DNA from: Utricularia gibba | Taxonomy: Eukaryota; Plantae; Magnoliophyta | Direction: 5' to 3' | Assembly: GCA_002189035.1 (NCBI GenBank) | Contig: NEEC01000010.1 | Coordinates: 1,488,001 to 1,552,000, forward strand | Length of the DNA: 64,000 nt | Shown: positions 37,390-51,861 of the stretch, piece by piece | Layout: the number at the start of each line of letters is the position of its first letter | How positions within the stretch are numbered: position 1 is the first letter of the stretch | Notes under the pieces: model-generated | What the model was told of the DNA's origin: nothing | What the model saw: only the letters and a program-made list of their open reading frames with translations | Database searches by the model: none | Program-made: the position numbers and the translations under genes

Positions 37390-40300
37390 TCATTTTTCCA
37401 CAGGCTCCAGTCGGGCGAATCTCCAAGAACTTGGACTGAGAGACTTCAGGAGGAGACCGAGGGCGACGGAGCCGGTCGCTCGGACGACGGCATCGGCTGA
37501 GCCACTCGTCTTTGCTATCAGCATCCCTAACACCTACAGAACAGGAGCAAGAGCCACGGTGAAAAAAAACAAAAACTCCGGTAAGCTATGCAGGGAGAGC
37601 TGGAGCGAGGCCTGCCTGAGTACGATAAAGAGCTGAAACGTGCTGATCACTGGAGAAGGAAATGATGCTGCTGCATAAGTAGATGGCGTTGGCCTGGATC
37701 CCTGGCCATGGAGCCTCGAAAGCCTGCATTTTTTGCAACACAGGAACAAACCCGGCTCCGTTAAAAAGAGAAAAGATCAGGAATTCCTTGAAACTGAAGA
37801 AAATGCGCCTCTGCTAGCTAACCTGGATTATTGCTGCCATGTATGTGTCGACGCGGGCTGGCGTCCTCTCAGCAAACTGCTTGGCAACATCACTGAGGAA
37901 GTCTTCGTAGTCATCTCTGCAGGAAATGTTGACCATGATAAGATGAGCATGGAGCCCAGATGTTGAAATGTTGTGAATAGTACCTATGATCAGAACTAAA
38001 CCGATGGGAGTTTCCTAGAGCGGCCAATCCTTCATAACCTACTAGTGGAACAATGCACTTGAAGGTACTCTGGGATTAACGAGTTAGATGTGTGAGCATC
38101 AAAAGAGTTCCTGGGGCAAACATTGAAAGTTTATCAGAATAGTTAACTACCCGGCAAGCCCGTCGTACACCGAGATCATCATCATGAATATGCAATATCA
38201 GCCTTGGTAGGATAAGATGAACCTGAGAAAGAAGGTGAAGTAGATTTTTATGGATATTCTAATGTAGTGAAAGAAGGCGCATGCTTTCAAGGTAACTAGA
38301 GAACATATGTTAATGCCATCACCCCGAGGTTGCAATGAAGTATTAGCTTTTTAAAAGCAGGGAATTATTTTCCGCACTGAACAACAAATACTGATGATGA
38401 TGGTAACAAACCTGTTCAAGAAATATATCGCGTTGAGGGCCCAACGCGTAGCCACCTAGTTCTCCAAATGCAGCAAATGCGTTTTGTCTAATCTCAGCAT
38501 TCATGCAAGCCTAGTGCATGCAGATAGAACGGAGGATGTCATTATTCATAACAGAAGAATCCATGCCAGATGATGCATGTGCTACGATTTGGGTACAACA
38601 ACAACAATCCTATGTCGCCTTTCTCCACAAATACAGGCATGGAATTTTGTCAGAGGACAACGCACCTGCAGATAGCGGACCCGCATGGATAGGTTAAGCA
38701 AAATGGGCTCAACAGCATCGGTGGGAACTGAGCCGAGAACCTACATGATAAATTGGATGATGAAATACTACAAGTAACCTTGAGAAACATAAAGGCTTAA
38801 AGGATCTACTTTTAGCAAACATGATGCAGCAGTAAGCTGAACAAATTCATCAGGGTCGTCAAGTAACACGACTATAACACTGAGAACTTGAGCAGCATAC
38901 TGAACCAAATTAATTGTCGGCATCTGCAAAAGATGCAAGAAAAATATTAAAACCATTTTATAATATTCAAATGGGCAGAAAACTGTCCAGATGGGTAAAC
39001 ATGCTAACACAATTCAGATTTCTTCAACAGAACACTTTCCTGCACTAGCCCTCTTAGACAAAGGCGCCTAACAGTTTGAGAATCATCAGTTACATGACGA
39101 CACATTCCTTCAACCATTTGCTCCAAAAGAGAACTGACGCAATCGCTGTAGCATAGGAATACAACATGAGCAAAAGAAATGAAGATTTGGAAATAAAAAA
39201 GTGGTGCAAGCCAAGTAACTAGGAAGATGAATAAGTATCAAATACATCATGGAGAGCAAGCGATGGTCTAGAACAGACCTAAACCGGACAAATTCAGACA
39301 GCGCTGCAGCTGCAGATTCCCTCATAAAATTAAAGGGCCTCTCCAAAGACTTACATAGAATCGAACAAATTGCCGGGACCTGAAGGGTGATAAACATGTG
39401 ATTAATAATGCATGATTAAGGATCAATGCCTATACACCTAGCTCTTCACTGCATCAGTAACTCCCGTTAAGGCAGACCATCGAACATACTCACATTTTAG
39501 GACTTCAAAAAGAAAGGAGAAACCGACCTCTTTTGGTCTCTTGATCGAAACACACCCAGCTAGGTCCCCTATCAAACCAATCCATACATCCTCTTCAAGT
39601 TGTTGTCCACCTTTTGCTATAATCTGGTCAGAGTATATGATAATATAGCTATCAAACTTAACCAAAAACTTAAAAGTAAAACCCAGTTTCACCAAGGAAT
39701 TTGCACCTTCCCCATCTCCAGATCACCAACACAGTCACAGAATGAACTAAATGCAGCCAAGAGCTGGCTGAAAGAAAAGAACAGATCTTGAAAAGGGAAA
39801 GTGGGCAGCTACTAGGATCTTTGGTTCTACTGAGCGAATCAAGGAATATTATTCTTACTGAAGAGGTTCCATCTGCCCTGTGCCAGCTAAACTATATGAA
39901 ATGCCCAAACGAAGCACAAGAGTTGCAAGCATGGAAGCATAGTTTTGCTCGACAGCTTTTTTTCCAACTTTACCACAGCTTCTGCTAGTAAGAGAGATAA
40001 GACGTTCATCATAAACGAGATAAGATGATTGATAACACAAAAAAAGGTTAATTCCATAACAGACCTGAAAAATGAGGTTACAGCTACTACTGCAGCATTC
40101 AGCGCAACATCATCCAATTTAATTTCCCCCAAAGAACTTGAAGACTGCTGTTGCAAATAATCACCTTGGCAAACAAGTGTCTGGTTTATGATAGAAGTCA
40201 AATGCTCCAGAAATAAATAGCAAAGAACTGCATCCTGGGAAAAAGCCTGAAGAACAAAAAACTTGTGTGAGGTAGAGAACCTGCGAACATATTCAAAATA

Positions 40301-43300
40301 AAGTACATTTTTTCGCATGCTAAGCTCACATGAAATATTTCTTGTATTGGCCAACCACCACGTAACCTAGTCACATCCTTTGTAGCTATATCTCTGCTAG
40401 CTGCAATTAATACTTCATCAAACACAATTCGTGCGCTGGTATTCTCAGCAAGAGAGCAAATCTTCGAGAAAGTTTAAAGAAAGAGCTAAGTGGGTATAAA
40501 ACGTCAACACAAAAAATGTTTTCAGATGGAGGAAAAAATCCAAAATTAAAGATGAATCAACGATTTTAAGGATACAGCAAGTAGTGTTTCTTGTCGTATA
40601 TGCTTCACATTTAGGTGAGTTACAGCAGTAAGTAGTGACTGAGTTGTCCTGAAGCAGCAAGTGTAAAGCTCATCCACAAGAAGAACAGAGATCCTCCATA
40701 GGCGAAGGTGTTGGGACTGTCCTCACCTGGAGACATCACCTTCATTGAGCTCCCTGCCTCTTTGTGTGATAAACACAATCACTGCTACGATACTACCTTC
40801 AGCAGATTGTTTAATCTTATCACAAATAGCTGTTGAGCAGGAGTACAAGGCAGCAACTAGCTGTGAACAATGAAATGCCAGAGAAGGAGGGGATGAATTT
40901 GTAGGACTAGCTAACTGGAAGGAAAACAAAATTGCACTAGTAATAAACACATTCTCACCTCATCCTTGGTAAATAGCACACAGACGGAAGAAACAACCCT
41001 GTTGAAAGCCTCTGAAAGGTCCAGTGATGCATCCTAGAAGCAGAGGAATTAATTAGACTGTTAAAATCAAGAAAGGAAATAAAGTTTAGAGGTCCGTTCT
41101 GTCTTCTGTAACTTCAGTCAAAAAAACGTTACACAGTGCTTGCAGGGGGTCTATGATTGAACTCACACTCCTCAAGATGGCAATCACATCCTCTAATGCA
41201 GATAAAGCACTGTAACTTTTATCAATATCAAGCACCGGTGTAGTATTTGCAGGCCGCATTAGTGAGAGTGCGATACTGAAAAATAGATCAAGAATCTGCA
41301 CAGAGAAAATATCAAAATACTTGGGCTGCGCCACAGTAAATGGTATAAACTCTAAAAATGAGCTGTTTTGATCGCAACTGACAACGAAGTATGACCAAAT
41401 GGTACTTGGTGATTAAAACCTGGGCGGATGTTTTTCTAACTTCAGGATCTGAATCTGCACAACGTGGAAGATACACCATGATACGCTCACCTAAACACAA
41501 AGCATCACGGCTTGGAGATATGAATGCATCTGCCAATATAACAAAACTTTCAGAACCATGAGCTGATGGAAATGTTTATTTGGATAAACAGCAGAGAATT
41601 GAGAGGCTAACGTGGTAAATTAGAAATACTGGGACTTGAAACCCGCCCAATTTGTTTGATGTGAGGGCAGCTCTGCTGGCAGCCTAGTGCACAATAACCA
41701 CTAACACACATGGTGCGGAACTTATGAAGCACCTCATAAACGGCATGGCAACCCCTGTTTCTCTGATAGTCAATGGAGGATGAAACGTATGGATCGATCT
41801 GTCTCAGTATATGATGTAGTTGTTCTGATCGGCTTCTTCCATCCTCTCCACTGGGTAAAACAACTCATTAAAATTGTAAAAAATGGACTTCAAGATCCAC
41901 TAACTTATCCCAGTGAATAGGTTATGGCCAGAATTGCATAAGAAAACTATAACTATTTTCAGTGTATACCTTGTGGCAAGAATTGCATTCAGGAGCGTAA
42001 TGAGTTTGTCTATAAGACCAGAAACAATCTCAGGTGGATCGTTTGGTAAACCAAAGAACCCTAACGTTGCCTGCAGAAATGAAAATGATGAAAAAAGATA
42101 ATAATAAGCATTCTTCCACCAAATATGATGCAAGCATTTCACCTTCAGAACATGGTTCCTTGTTTCAGCAGTCAACTTAGGCTCAACTGAAACCAATGTA
42201 GTACAAGCACTCAGTGCAAGGCACTGCAGAAAAAAAACTGGGGTTTTAGGAATAATGAGTTGGATGATGATACTCTAATTAGATGTAAAAACAAGAACAA
42301 ATTTACAAATATAGATACAGCTAGCGATAGAAAGGTTCATGCTACGGAATTTCAAAACTAGTAATGCCTCCTCAAGAAACAAACCCGAGTTTGAAGTAGC
42401 AAACTGGCATCTGAAATGCCTTCTTCATCATCTCGACCCATTAAGGTCAATATGTAATCAAGAAGCACATCTCTCCTTTTCAATGGAAACGGGGTGCCAC
42501 TTTTTGCTGCACCAATGACTGCCTGACCTGTTCACGAAAATTTGAGCATTACAACCTTAAAAGCGACAAAATCACACCAAAATACTTATCACATTACAGA
42601 ACCTCATGAACTAAATGTGAATAAAAGTAGTCATCAACAAACAAAAAAAAATAGGCAACTTCAGGCTTATGATTAGCATCTCATTCCAGGTGTATCAAGA
42701 AAATTCTTCCTAATAGCCAAAATATTTAAATTGTCCATTGGAAGGCATCAGGTTAAAACAACGTCGTTTCTCTATTCCTCCAAATTCTTAAAAGCATACT
42801 TTATTATCCGGATTTACAATATCAAAGAAGCAGAAAGAGATGAACCCAACAATTTCAAGAATCTACAAACCTAGTAAATCAATTGCAGTTATAACTGCTT
42901 GCTTGGCTGTAGGATGGCGCACATTTAGTAGGCGTGAAAGCATATTGGTACCCTATAAAGCAATGAGAGAAAGTAGAACACAAAAAAGAGAAATAACTGC
43001 ATGGTTTACTTGATGGAATAAAATAACTCAAAGGTTAGTTTCACACATTCACAAGAACACTGATTCACCATACCACAAGTGCATTTATCCTGGCTTCAAT
43101 AACCGATGATGGAGCATATTTTGCAGCATAACCATACATCAGAGCCAAAGCAGCATGGATATCATCGGATTCTTCCATTTTAGCCCTGTCAGAAAAGAAT
43201 GACAGAATCCTGCAAAAGATAGCCTTTTATTACAAAATTAAACAATGCCATGCTCTGATCCCAGAGAACCATATGGAAGAGTGAAGTAGAAATACTAAAA

Positions 43301-46300
43301 GAGAATAAAAGTATACAATATTTTAAAATCATAAACTGGAGATTCTATGTGGAAGAAAACATTTTCCTTTGCCCGTACCTTTTAAAGATGCTCTTATCAA
43401 CCTTATCAAGAATGCTTTTCAACTTATTTAAAACCGTGTCCAAGTGAGATGCAGCGACCTGAATTTTCAAATAACAGAACAAGTTACAAGAATGAATTAC
43501 TCAATATGATCAACTTGGAGTACTCAATCCCTAGGAGAGCAATATTTACCAAACCCATCCCTTTAGCCAAACCGAGCCTGTTCACGGGCAATGAAATATT
43601 GGCTTGCGTGTACATCAAGTTAATTTTGGTCTGGATGAATGTTCGGTCATTAACTTTCTGTAGGAGAATGCCAAGACATCTGCACTTGCAAACCCGAATA
43701 TCACAAATGATCAACCTAAAGCTCAAGAGAAACTCAGCATCCTAGGTCTCCTGGAATATCACAAATGAAACAGGAAAGATTTCCACTCCACCACTCATTG
43801 TTTCTAAAGCTCAAGAGAAACTCAGCATCCTAAGTGCACCCACCTACTTCAACAAACATGAAAGATATTCCGCTAAAATAAATAAATAGATAGAAAATTT
43901 ATAAACTTCAAGATCAACAGAGAATGCATCATATCTTCATGTCACAGGTGTCGTTGTTAAAGAATTCATGAAAATGCAGGAATATTTTCCTACCTGTGAA
44001 GAAGCGCCAAGTGCTCATCACCTGATGAGTACAGGTCATATTGTTTAGCAAAAGAATTTCCTAGAGAAATCATCCAATCTGGATCCTGAATCACATCCAG
44101 TGATTCCGCAAGAAACTATAGGGCACAAGAAAATAAATCAAAGCCCATAAATAACAATCAGAACCCATGAGTTTTCGACCTTAGATGAAAACCTACCAAT
44201 AACAAAAAAAAAAAAAAAAGAAATCCACAGCTTTCAATGAAATAAGCCCTCAACATCTGACAGTATTATTCTTCAATAATTGCAAGTGCTGACAATGTCA
44301 AAGAGAAAAAACACAAAGCACATAAACCACTGATATGTTATGGATTCTTCTATCCAGCAAATGCAAATTTTTGATACTCATCCAGGTCCAGGAGATACGG
44401 CAAATTGATACTTATGGAAAAAGCTAAATATCCTCCAGAGCTTACATCAATAATCATGTCATCCCAAGTCTCTTGGTATGAGGGATCTTGTTTCAAGTCA
44501 TCAGGATCACTCACATAAGCTTTCAATTTAGGAACCTAGAGCTTGCAGAAAATGCAAAGCAGTTAGAACACTCATATCTAGTATTCACTGCAGTGTAAAA
44601 GATTTTGATAATAACAAAAAAAAGATAAAACAAATGTATTCTTGATAAGATTTCCAGCACACAGAATATGATCGCTCATCATGCAAGAAATCGTAGAGAA
44701 ATAACATTCTTTTAGTAATATGCAATCAATGAAAAGCCATAGTCTCCAATCTAACTAACAATAAAACTCAACACTCCAGCATTCTCTAATTCCCACCTTT
44801 TCCTATCGCCATAGTATCTGATGTAATAATTTGTCACAAATCAAAAGTGTAAGGAAGCTGAATGCCTTATTCAAATATGTACTTATACAGGGGTCGACTT
44901 TGAAGTACACAAATCATTCAACAAGTATCTTCACCCCATTGTACCTCTTCATGCCAAAACAAGACAACATTCTTCGGATACAGAGAAGCCAAGTGACACA
45001 AGACCTGCAAAAGCAATATGAAAAGACGGTTAAGATCACAAGATGCCCCATACATTGTCTTTATCTATAGCACTTCAAAGTTGGAAGGTGTACCATAGTG
45101 CAAACAGTAAACAATATGAATAACTAGGAAAATGTCAATAAAGAAAAATAGCTAGTATGATAAAAGAAACTCACATTGAAAATATGAATAACTAGTTGCT
45201 GCCTCGCCAATGGGTTGTGGAGAAGCACCACAAGTCGTGCAAAAAGATCCTGGTTTTATTAAAGAAAAAGAGCTTCTTAAAGAGCATTTCTCACACAGAG
45301 CATACTGCATATGTATCATCAAGGAAACGAATATGAAACCTCAGGACTAGGAATATCTGTGCGAGCTCTACAATCTGAAAGGATTGTACCAATCTGTGTG
45401 TGTTTATGCCTGCACAATTCAGAGATGCACCTGCAAACCTATAAAGATAGGTAATTTTATTGGTTCAGTATGGAATATCCCTAGAAGTAAAAAAATGGTG
45501 TAACACTCACAATTGCAGCTGCACCAGTGTACGTGCGTGGAATGATCATCTTAAGCAAAAATGGCCACAGTACATGCTGCGACATTGAGAGCTATTATTG
45601 TGGCTTACCAGTAATTTTATTCCAAAACACACAGAAAATAATATGAATTTCTGACATGGCATTGGCTAACCTCCATTTCAGGAATTGTGACGGTCAGTAG
45701 AAGAAGACCTTTTTCACATACCTCACGCAAATCTATTGGGCATACTCCCTCTATTTTCTCCTGAAGGCATTTGAAGGATCAGGATACAATCCATTATATA
45801 ACTCTGATGCAATTGGGGATCGCACATTCATATTTCATTCTCGTGGATAGGGCATTCATATGCCATCCAAACTGTGGAGTTCACTAAATATCATGGAAAG
45901 GGACTTAAATATCATTCTTCTGAGATAGCCTACCACTGATTTCCTCGATCTAGTAAGGCCTCCCTGATAATCAACTTCTTGTCCCTCCATATCTGGTATT
46001 GCGCAGTTGGTAACCAAATATTCTACAAATGCCTCAGCTGGTGCACCAACCAAATAGCAGTGCGAAGCCATGATAACAATTAACTACTCCAGAAACCAAA
46101 AAAGTGGATTTTAAAAAGACAATTTATCCCAAAAAAAAATAATAACACATATATACTTGGTGGTAGCGGTGACTACCTCAGAGAGTGCCTTACGAACAGC
46201 CAAATTGCTGTCTTCTAACAAATCCTTCATGGCTTCCACAAGGAGCGGTCTTTTAGAATGCCAGGCTTCAGACAATCTTTAGATAAAAATCATGAGAACA

Positions 46301-49300
46301 CTCAATAAATCAACATATTTCCCATACAGGGATCATCAAGTTTATGATGAAAACACGAGATTCAGAGAGGATTAGATAGTATAAAAATTTCTCAGGAAAA
46401 ATTGGATATCTAACCTAGGTATGAGATGCTTCAGCACAGAAAGTGAAGCGAAAGTTTGTATTTCTTCTTTTAACCTGCATTTCTGAAGACAACAGAATAA
46501 GAACACAACTAAATATAACATCACGAAGTTATGTCATCAGTTTTCCATATTTTTTTAACAAACATTGGTAGCTATGTTACAGAAATAATCTTCTCATAAT
46601 GAAACCTACTTGAAGTAGAGACGTGAATATGTCTTCAGGATAGACTTCGCCAATTATAACAAAACAATGTTGAACTTCATTGTAAATCTGTATCAGAGTC
46701 GAGGAATACAATTAGAAAAAAGAAGAAATGAAGAGGCTACATTAAATCCTAGATTACATAGCATGGATTAAATATCTCTAAAATTATCTACCTTCAGTCC
46801 TACTGAAAATTCTGAAAGCTGCTTGCTTTTGTAATTCATCCCAAGCACTTGAAGTAGTGTTGATGCAGTGGCGGCAAGGTCCTGAATTTTAATAATTAAC
46901 ATCAACTAATCCGCACTGAAATATGCACACACATACAAACGCGAATACCACTCTACATTTGTTCCTGTGATCCACTGGTGAAAATAATAATTCTTAAACG
47001 GAAACTAGATGGACATGATGGAGACACCAATGCGTTCACGAAATTTAGTGGTATTTTGCATCAATATCCGTAGCTCACAAAAAAACATTTATTTCCTAAT
47101 TGAATTTTAGAAAGATGATTCTATGATAGATTTATGAAAGTCTTGATTTTTCCACCCAATTGAAAGCCTAAAACCAAATGATTAGAGATCCAACCCCAAA
47201 GTTAATTATGTGCTAACACAACCCAAGCTTGAGGAGTACTTGATAGTTATTAACACCAATATATAACGGATAACAGGCTCATAATAAAGAAACAACTTAA
47301 TTTCGAAGCCCATCACATGCATAAGGGGAGGAAAAACCACCCGGTCTTAATTTATCGTGAGATTTGGCTTCAAGACTTTTTTTTTTGAAACAGAATAAGG
47401 ATACTGACCTCAAAGTCCAGCAATGGTGGACCACTTTCTGATAGTAAGGATGCATTCAGTAAATTGTGGAGGCTACATGTAGCCACATATGAAATATCTG
47501 GATTTTTCTTGCATCTGAGAGAGAAATCAATAGCATGAAAATGGAAAACAACAAGCATTTGCAATACATTAGAACCAAATCCTCACAAATCTAATGTAAT
47601 TGGCAAAAGCCTTGGTAATGATGACTTCAGCTTTGCACGGGATACAAGGCCAACCATTTGGCCTAAGGCTTCAATAGAAGATGTGCGTACCTACAAGAAT
47701 GTGTAAAAAAGAAAAAAACTTGTATCACAGCAACTTCACTTTATCCATAAACAGGAATTTCTCCCATAGGATGTTGGTTGCAATTATTATGCGGAGAAAC
47801 CAGAAAAAGACCACCAAAGTTTCATGCAAACTCCATAAGCCCCTGGGCATGAGTCATAAATTAACCTCCGAAAACATTTATAGCTCAACAAAAAGGACAG
47901 GGAAATTAAGCATGAAATCCAAATTATAAAGCATGTAAAACTTGGTATATAAATAAAATTATAATAAAACCGAAAGAGTAAGAATTTGACACAGATTCAT
48001 AAAGCCATGAACAAGCCAACCAAAGGTCAGAAAAAGAATAGACTACTCGCAGCCACATGATAGTTAAAAGATGTAACCTTGACATCACGTGAATTAGCCC
48101 AGACCCTTAATAGAAGCTCAAATGCAGAATTCAAGAAAGAGCTGCAAAAAAAAAAAAAAAAAGCTTATAACCTTAAACCTTTATCCTCACGATTAAGCAG
48201 AAAAAGTCAAATCAATTTAGCAATCAATCAGTCATATCTTACATAACATCACCATCGATGACTTCTGAATTTGGGAAATCAATGCTATACTGCAAGCAGG
48301 CCTCGGACCAAGACTTGAATGCTAGAAAGGGAAAAGATTAAGGGAAAAGATTAAGATATGTCTAAAATGCAAACTTATAAAAACAATTTCAAAGAAATTA
48401 TAGGAACACCAGAGATATGCAGGTTACTCTTAAGAGTAACCCTCATGGTGTCTATAGTTACACAATTTCAAAATAGCTTCCGCAAGCCTCTAATCCACAT
48501 TGCAATCATTGATATGTAGGATTATAATATGCATAAATTACATAATACAACAACAATAGATATAGTTCAGTGTAATAGGTGTGGCAAAGGACAGCATACC
48601 ATTTGCAAATACTGGCCGAGATGAATCTTTTACACTCCCGAGAATGGGTAAAACTCTTTTAAGAACCCCTTTGAGTCGTGGGGTAAACTGAAAGGCTTCA
48701 AATATGGCCAGTACCACGTTAAAAGTTATCTGAAGAAAAATCATTTAGAGAGAGGAATCGGGAAGGACAAATACCATCGGATGAAGCAAAATCTGCAAGT
48801 ATTTGCACCATGGATGGAACAGCTGAACTTGATCCAGAGAGATGAAGAAATATTTCATCCATCAACTGGAAGAAAAAAAGAAAAGGTTTTTCACGTTATT
48901 TCCCTCTTAATAAAGGAAAATCCAGCACAACTTCAATGAATGGTCTCTAATCTATGTTAAATTATCAGTGGAACACTTCGAAGAGAATGGATGCTCTTAG
49001 AATACAGGGAACTTCCAAGATTATTCAGATTCCAATATCACTTCCAAAAGGATACATCCACCGTGCATGTGATTACAAATTAAATGATCAAATAAAACAG
49101 CGCTATCATGTTCGCCTGAATTCTTAGGATAATTTATAAAACTCACGAGGTCAGGCATGTGTGAACCTATTGCCACGAGGACTCTGGATGCAGCGCTTTG
49201 CCAGTCAGCATTCACTTCCTGAAAAGAGGGTTGTGCATCAGACTGAAATTCACGATGCCACCATATACAGCATTAAATTTGAAGTCAAAAGCCTTATTGT

Positions 49301-49995
49301 ATATACCTTGGTTGAGAGGATCTCAGAAGCTACTACTTTCGCTAGTTTTTCCATATACTGAGATCCAACTGCATCTTTATCCAGTGTACGAATAGCCACA
49401 GACATTACATGAAATAGTCCAGAAAGGTTCCCAAACCTCTGATATTCAACACAGAAACACGTAACAACTGAAGCATTCTTCAAAAAAATTTAACGAGGAA
49501 AAATCATAAAAAGTACCCTCCGTCCTCCACGGGAAAGAGTTAAACAGCAGTCAAGAACCAGAAGAGGAGCCCTAGAAGAATGCAGCAAACCAAGAAGTTC
49601 AATAAAAATAACAAAAATGCACCATTGTTAGTCTCAAAACCCACAACACTGATTACCCCCCTAACCCAAAAAACAAAACGAAAATCAGGAGCCTTCTCAT
49701 ATGAACTAACACTAAACATACAACAAAGAGTAAAATTACAGAGCAGCTATATCTTCAAGAGTAGCAGCCGATGCTTCTCTGACCACGGAAGACTCATCCG
49801 CCAGCGAGGACACAAGAAGTTGCACTACCTCTGATCAGCCCAAGAAACAACGAAGAGGAAGTGTCACGTGTTCAGAAAGACACAATATCACGCTACCGAA
49901 TCCATGAATTTGCTAGAATGACAAAGTCGTGGAACCACTAATAAAAGCCTCAGTACCTGGTGCGGCAATTGAATTCCCGAACTAGAAGAAGCCAT
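37390..49995 (-). CDS. SGR6: SHOOT GRAVITROPISM 6 (large HEAT-repeat/MROH protein), many exons; exon 1 appears 1 nt short
   Basis: Recalled SGR6 motifs in order: [62 protein letters not shown]...[65 protein letters not shown]; stop at 37390. Full exon list not enumerated. Confidence 0.92.
40462..40575 (-). other. U12-type (minor spliceosome) GT-AG intron in SGR6
   Basis: 5' end GTATCCTT; branch-like TTCTTTAAAC close to the AG; flanking exons join in frame (RQETLLA / ICSLAENTS). Confidence 0.75.
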
Positions 49996-50238
49996 GGAAG
50001 TGAGCGTTGGAATACAGGGATCCGGGGGGAGAGAGAGATGATCATCCACCGATTGCTGGTACGTAAAAAAAATGACCGTTGTAAAGTATTTTCAATTAAT
50101 TATGACTAATGACGGTGAAAACAAAATTAACGAATCAGAAGAGGTAAACGTCAATGTTATTGGGCTACGTAGCTCATGTGACGGATTAGGCCCATGGATT
50201 TTTCTGGTAAAAGAGAAAATCGAATTGGGCAAAAAACC

Positions 50239-50324
50239 TCCGACCTGCCGGATTCGAACCAGCGACCTAAGGATTTCAGTTCACCAACTACAGTCCTCCG
50301 CTCTACCAACTGAGCTAAGGTCGG
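50239..50324 (-). tRNA. tRNA-Tyr(GUA) with 13-nt intron
   Basis: CCGACCTTAGCTCAGTTGGTAGAGCGGAGGACTGTAG-[TTGGTGAACTGAA]-ATCCTTAGGTCGCTGGTTCGAATCCGGCAGGTCGGA, followed by a T6 Pol III terminator (50231-50236). Confidence 0.98.
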
Positions 50325-50418
50325 ATGTGATTCATTCTCACATTGTTTAAATAAGATTGTATAGAAACTTTCATTTTTCGTATTTCACCAACCCTTGAGG
50401 TACTACTACGTAATATTT

Positions 50419-51861
50419 TCATTTGATTTCCAAGCAGCTGCTTGAACCAACGGGTTCCCTAAAGCAGGTAGATATGGCAGCAACAGCAGCTTCTATGGAT
50501 GCATCTTCTCCCTGCTCAACACAGAATGAATAAGACTTGGACATTTCGCAAAGTGGAAAGGCAACCCACTTATCGCAGTGAGATTTCGTAATGTCTACCT
50601 TTTCCTTCCAGTAAAACATGTTCCCGTACTTCCCTGCTAAGCGGGTCCAGAACTTTTTAGGTATGTCCAAATCTACTGAAGCCCCAACGTTGAAGTGCAG
50701 TATGTTTCCTGGAAAGGAACACAGCTTTCCGATGCATACGATTCTTATATGCTGGTTTTGTCACAGAACTGTTGTTAAAGATGGATTACCAAATGTGGGA
50801 TCCGCAACAAATACGACTGTGTTATCATCCACATCCCAGAAATCCCTGATGGCTAGTCCTGTGAATTGTCTTTTGTTAGTGTAGAGGAGTACGTCTCTAA
50901 CACTGACCATTCTTTCAGTGTTTAAGACTCTGCAGGAATCTCAACAATACCATTCTTTGATATCAATATCAGGAACTCATACCTGGAGTATCAGGGTAAT
51001 TCTGTGCCAGAACTCTTAACTTATATCCTGTTTCCTTCTCAAGGTCAGCAATCTCCTCTGCAATTCTCTTCTCCTACAGGTCCATTTCAAGATTTTGACA
51101 TGTATTACAGATGCCCTTTTGTTTTACAATAACAGGCATTCATAACTTAAGACATGATAGCTATCTGTTTTCCTTGTCCTGCAACTAATTTTATGTGGTT
51201 TATCCCCATTTCAGGGGCTCTATGCTCCCAGTAGGCAAACCCTCGATCATCTTATATAGGAGGAAGATGAGTACAAGCCGCTGATAAACTTGACATTTCA
51301 TGAGCTTGTCACACAAAATCAATTCTAGGATTCGAACATCAGGACAAACGATGAATTGATACGAATGCAAACTAGTCATACTAATCAAAGCCAAACTTCC
51401 ATTTAGAAAAGATGCCACCTTGTTAAATACTTGTTTGGAATAAACTAGGCAAAACACAAACCTGGCCTTCGGACAAGAATCCTGCAACATCAATCACTGT
51501 AGTGAACTCTTTAGGCAGCAGCTCCGGCTTGTTCACCCCAACTTTGGCCTCAGCAATTTCCATGCCTAAAATTTTCAGTGAAAGAGAACAGTAAATGCTG
51601 TTGGAGCTGAAATGGAACTCGAAAGGTTAAACACGAATACTGTTGAAAAACCAAAAGCATAAAAACTAAGCATCATGGTTTTTTCTCCTTACCTGCGAAA
51701 GACAGGCCAAGTGCAAGAGTACCAGAGAGCAAGAGATTCAAGGGTTTCGCGGAGATGGAAGAAACCCATTGGGGCAAAATCAATGAATTTTTGCATTTGG
51801 GACGATTTGGGAGGAGATGAAATGGGACACGACATTGAGAAATAAGAGCGTTGATTGGCAT
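50419..51861 (-). CDS. Thylakoid lumenal 15 kDa protein 2-like (At5g52970-like), 6 exons
   Basis: Transit peptide, then AEAKVGVNKPELLPKEFTTVIDVAGFLSEGQ / EKRIAEEIADLEKETGYKLRVLAQNYPDTPG / ..DLDIPKKFWTRLAGKYGNMFYWKEK / GEDASIEAAVAAISTCFREPVG. Confidence 0.88.

Noticed and set aside
43697-43832. Duplicated 29-bp and 14-bp blocks that looked like a duplicated SGR6 splice acceptor
   Set aside because: The real acceptor is at ~43680 ([13 protein letters not shown]), so both copies are intronic; ordinary small duplication.
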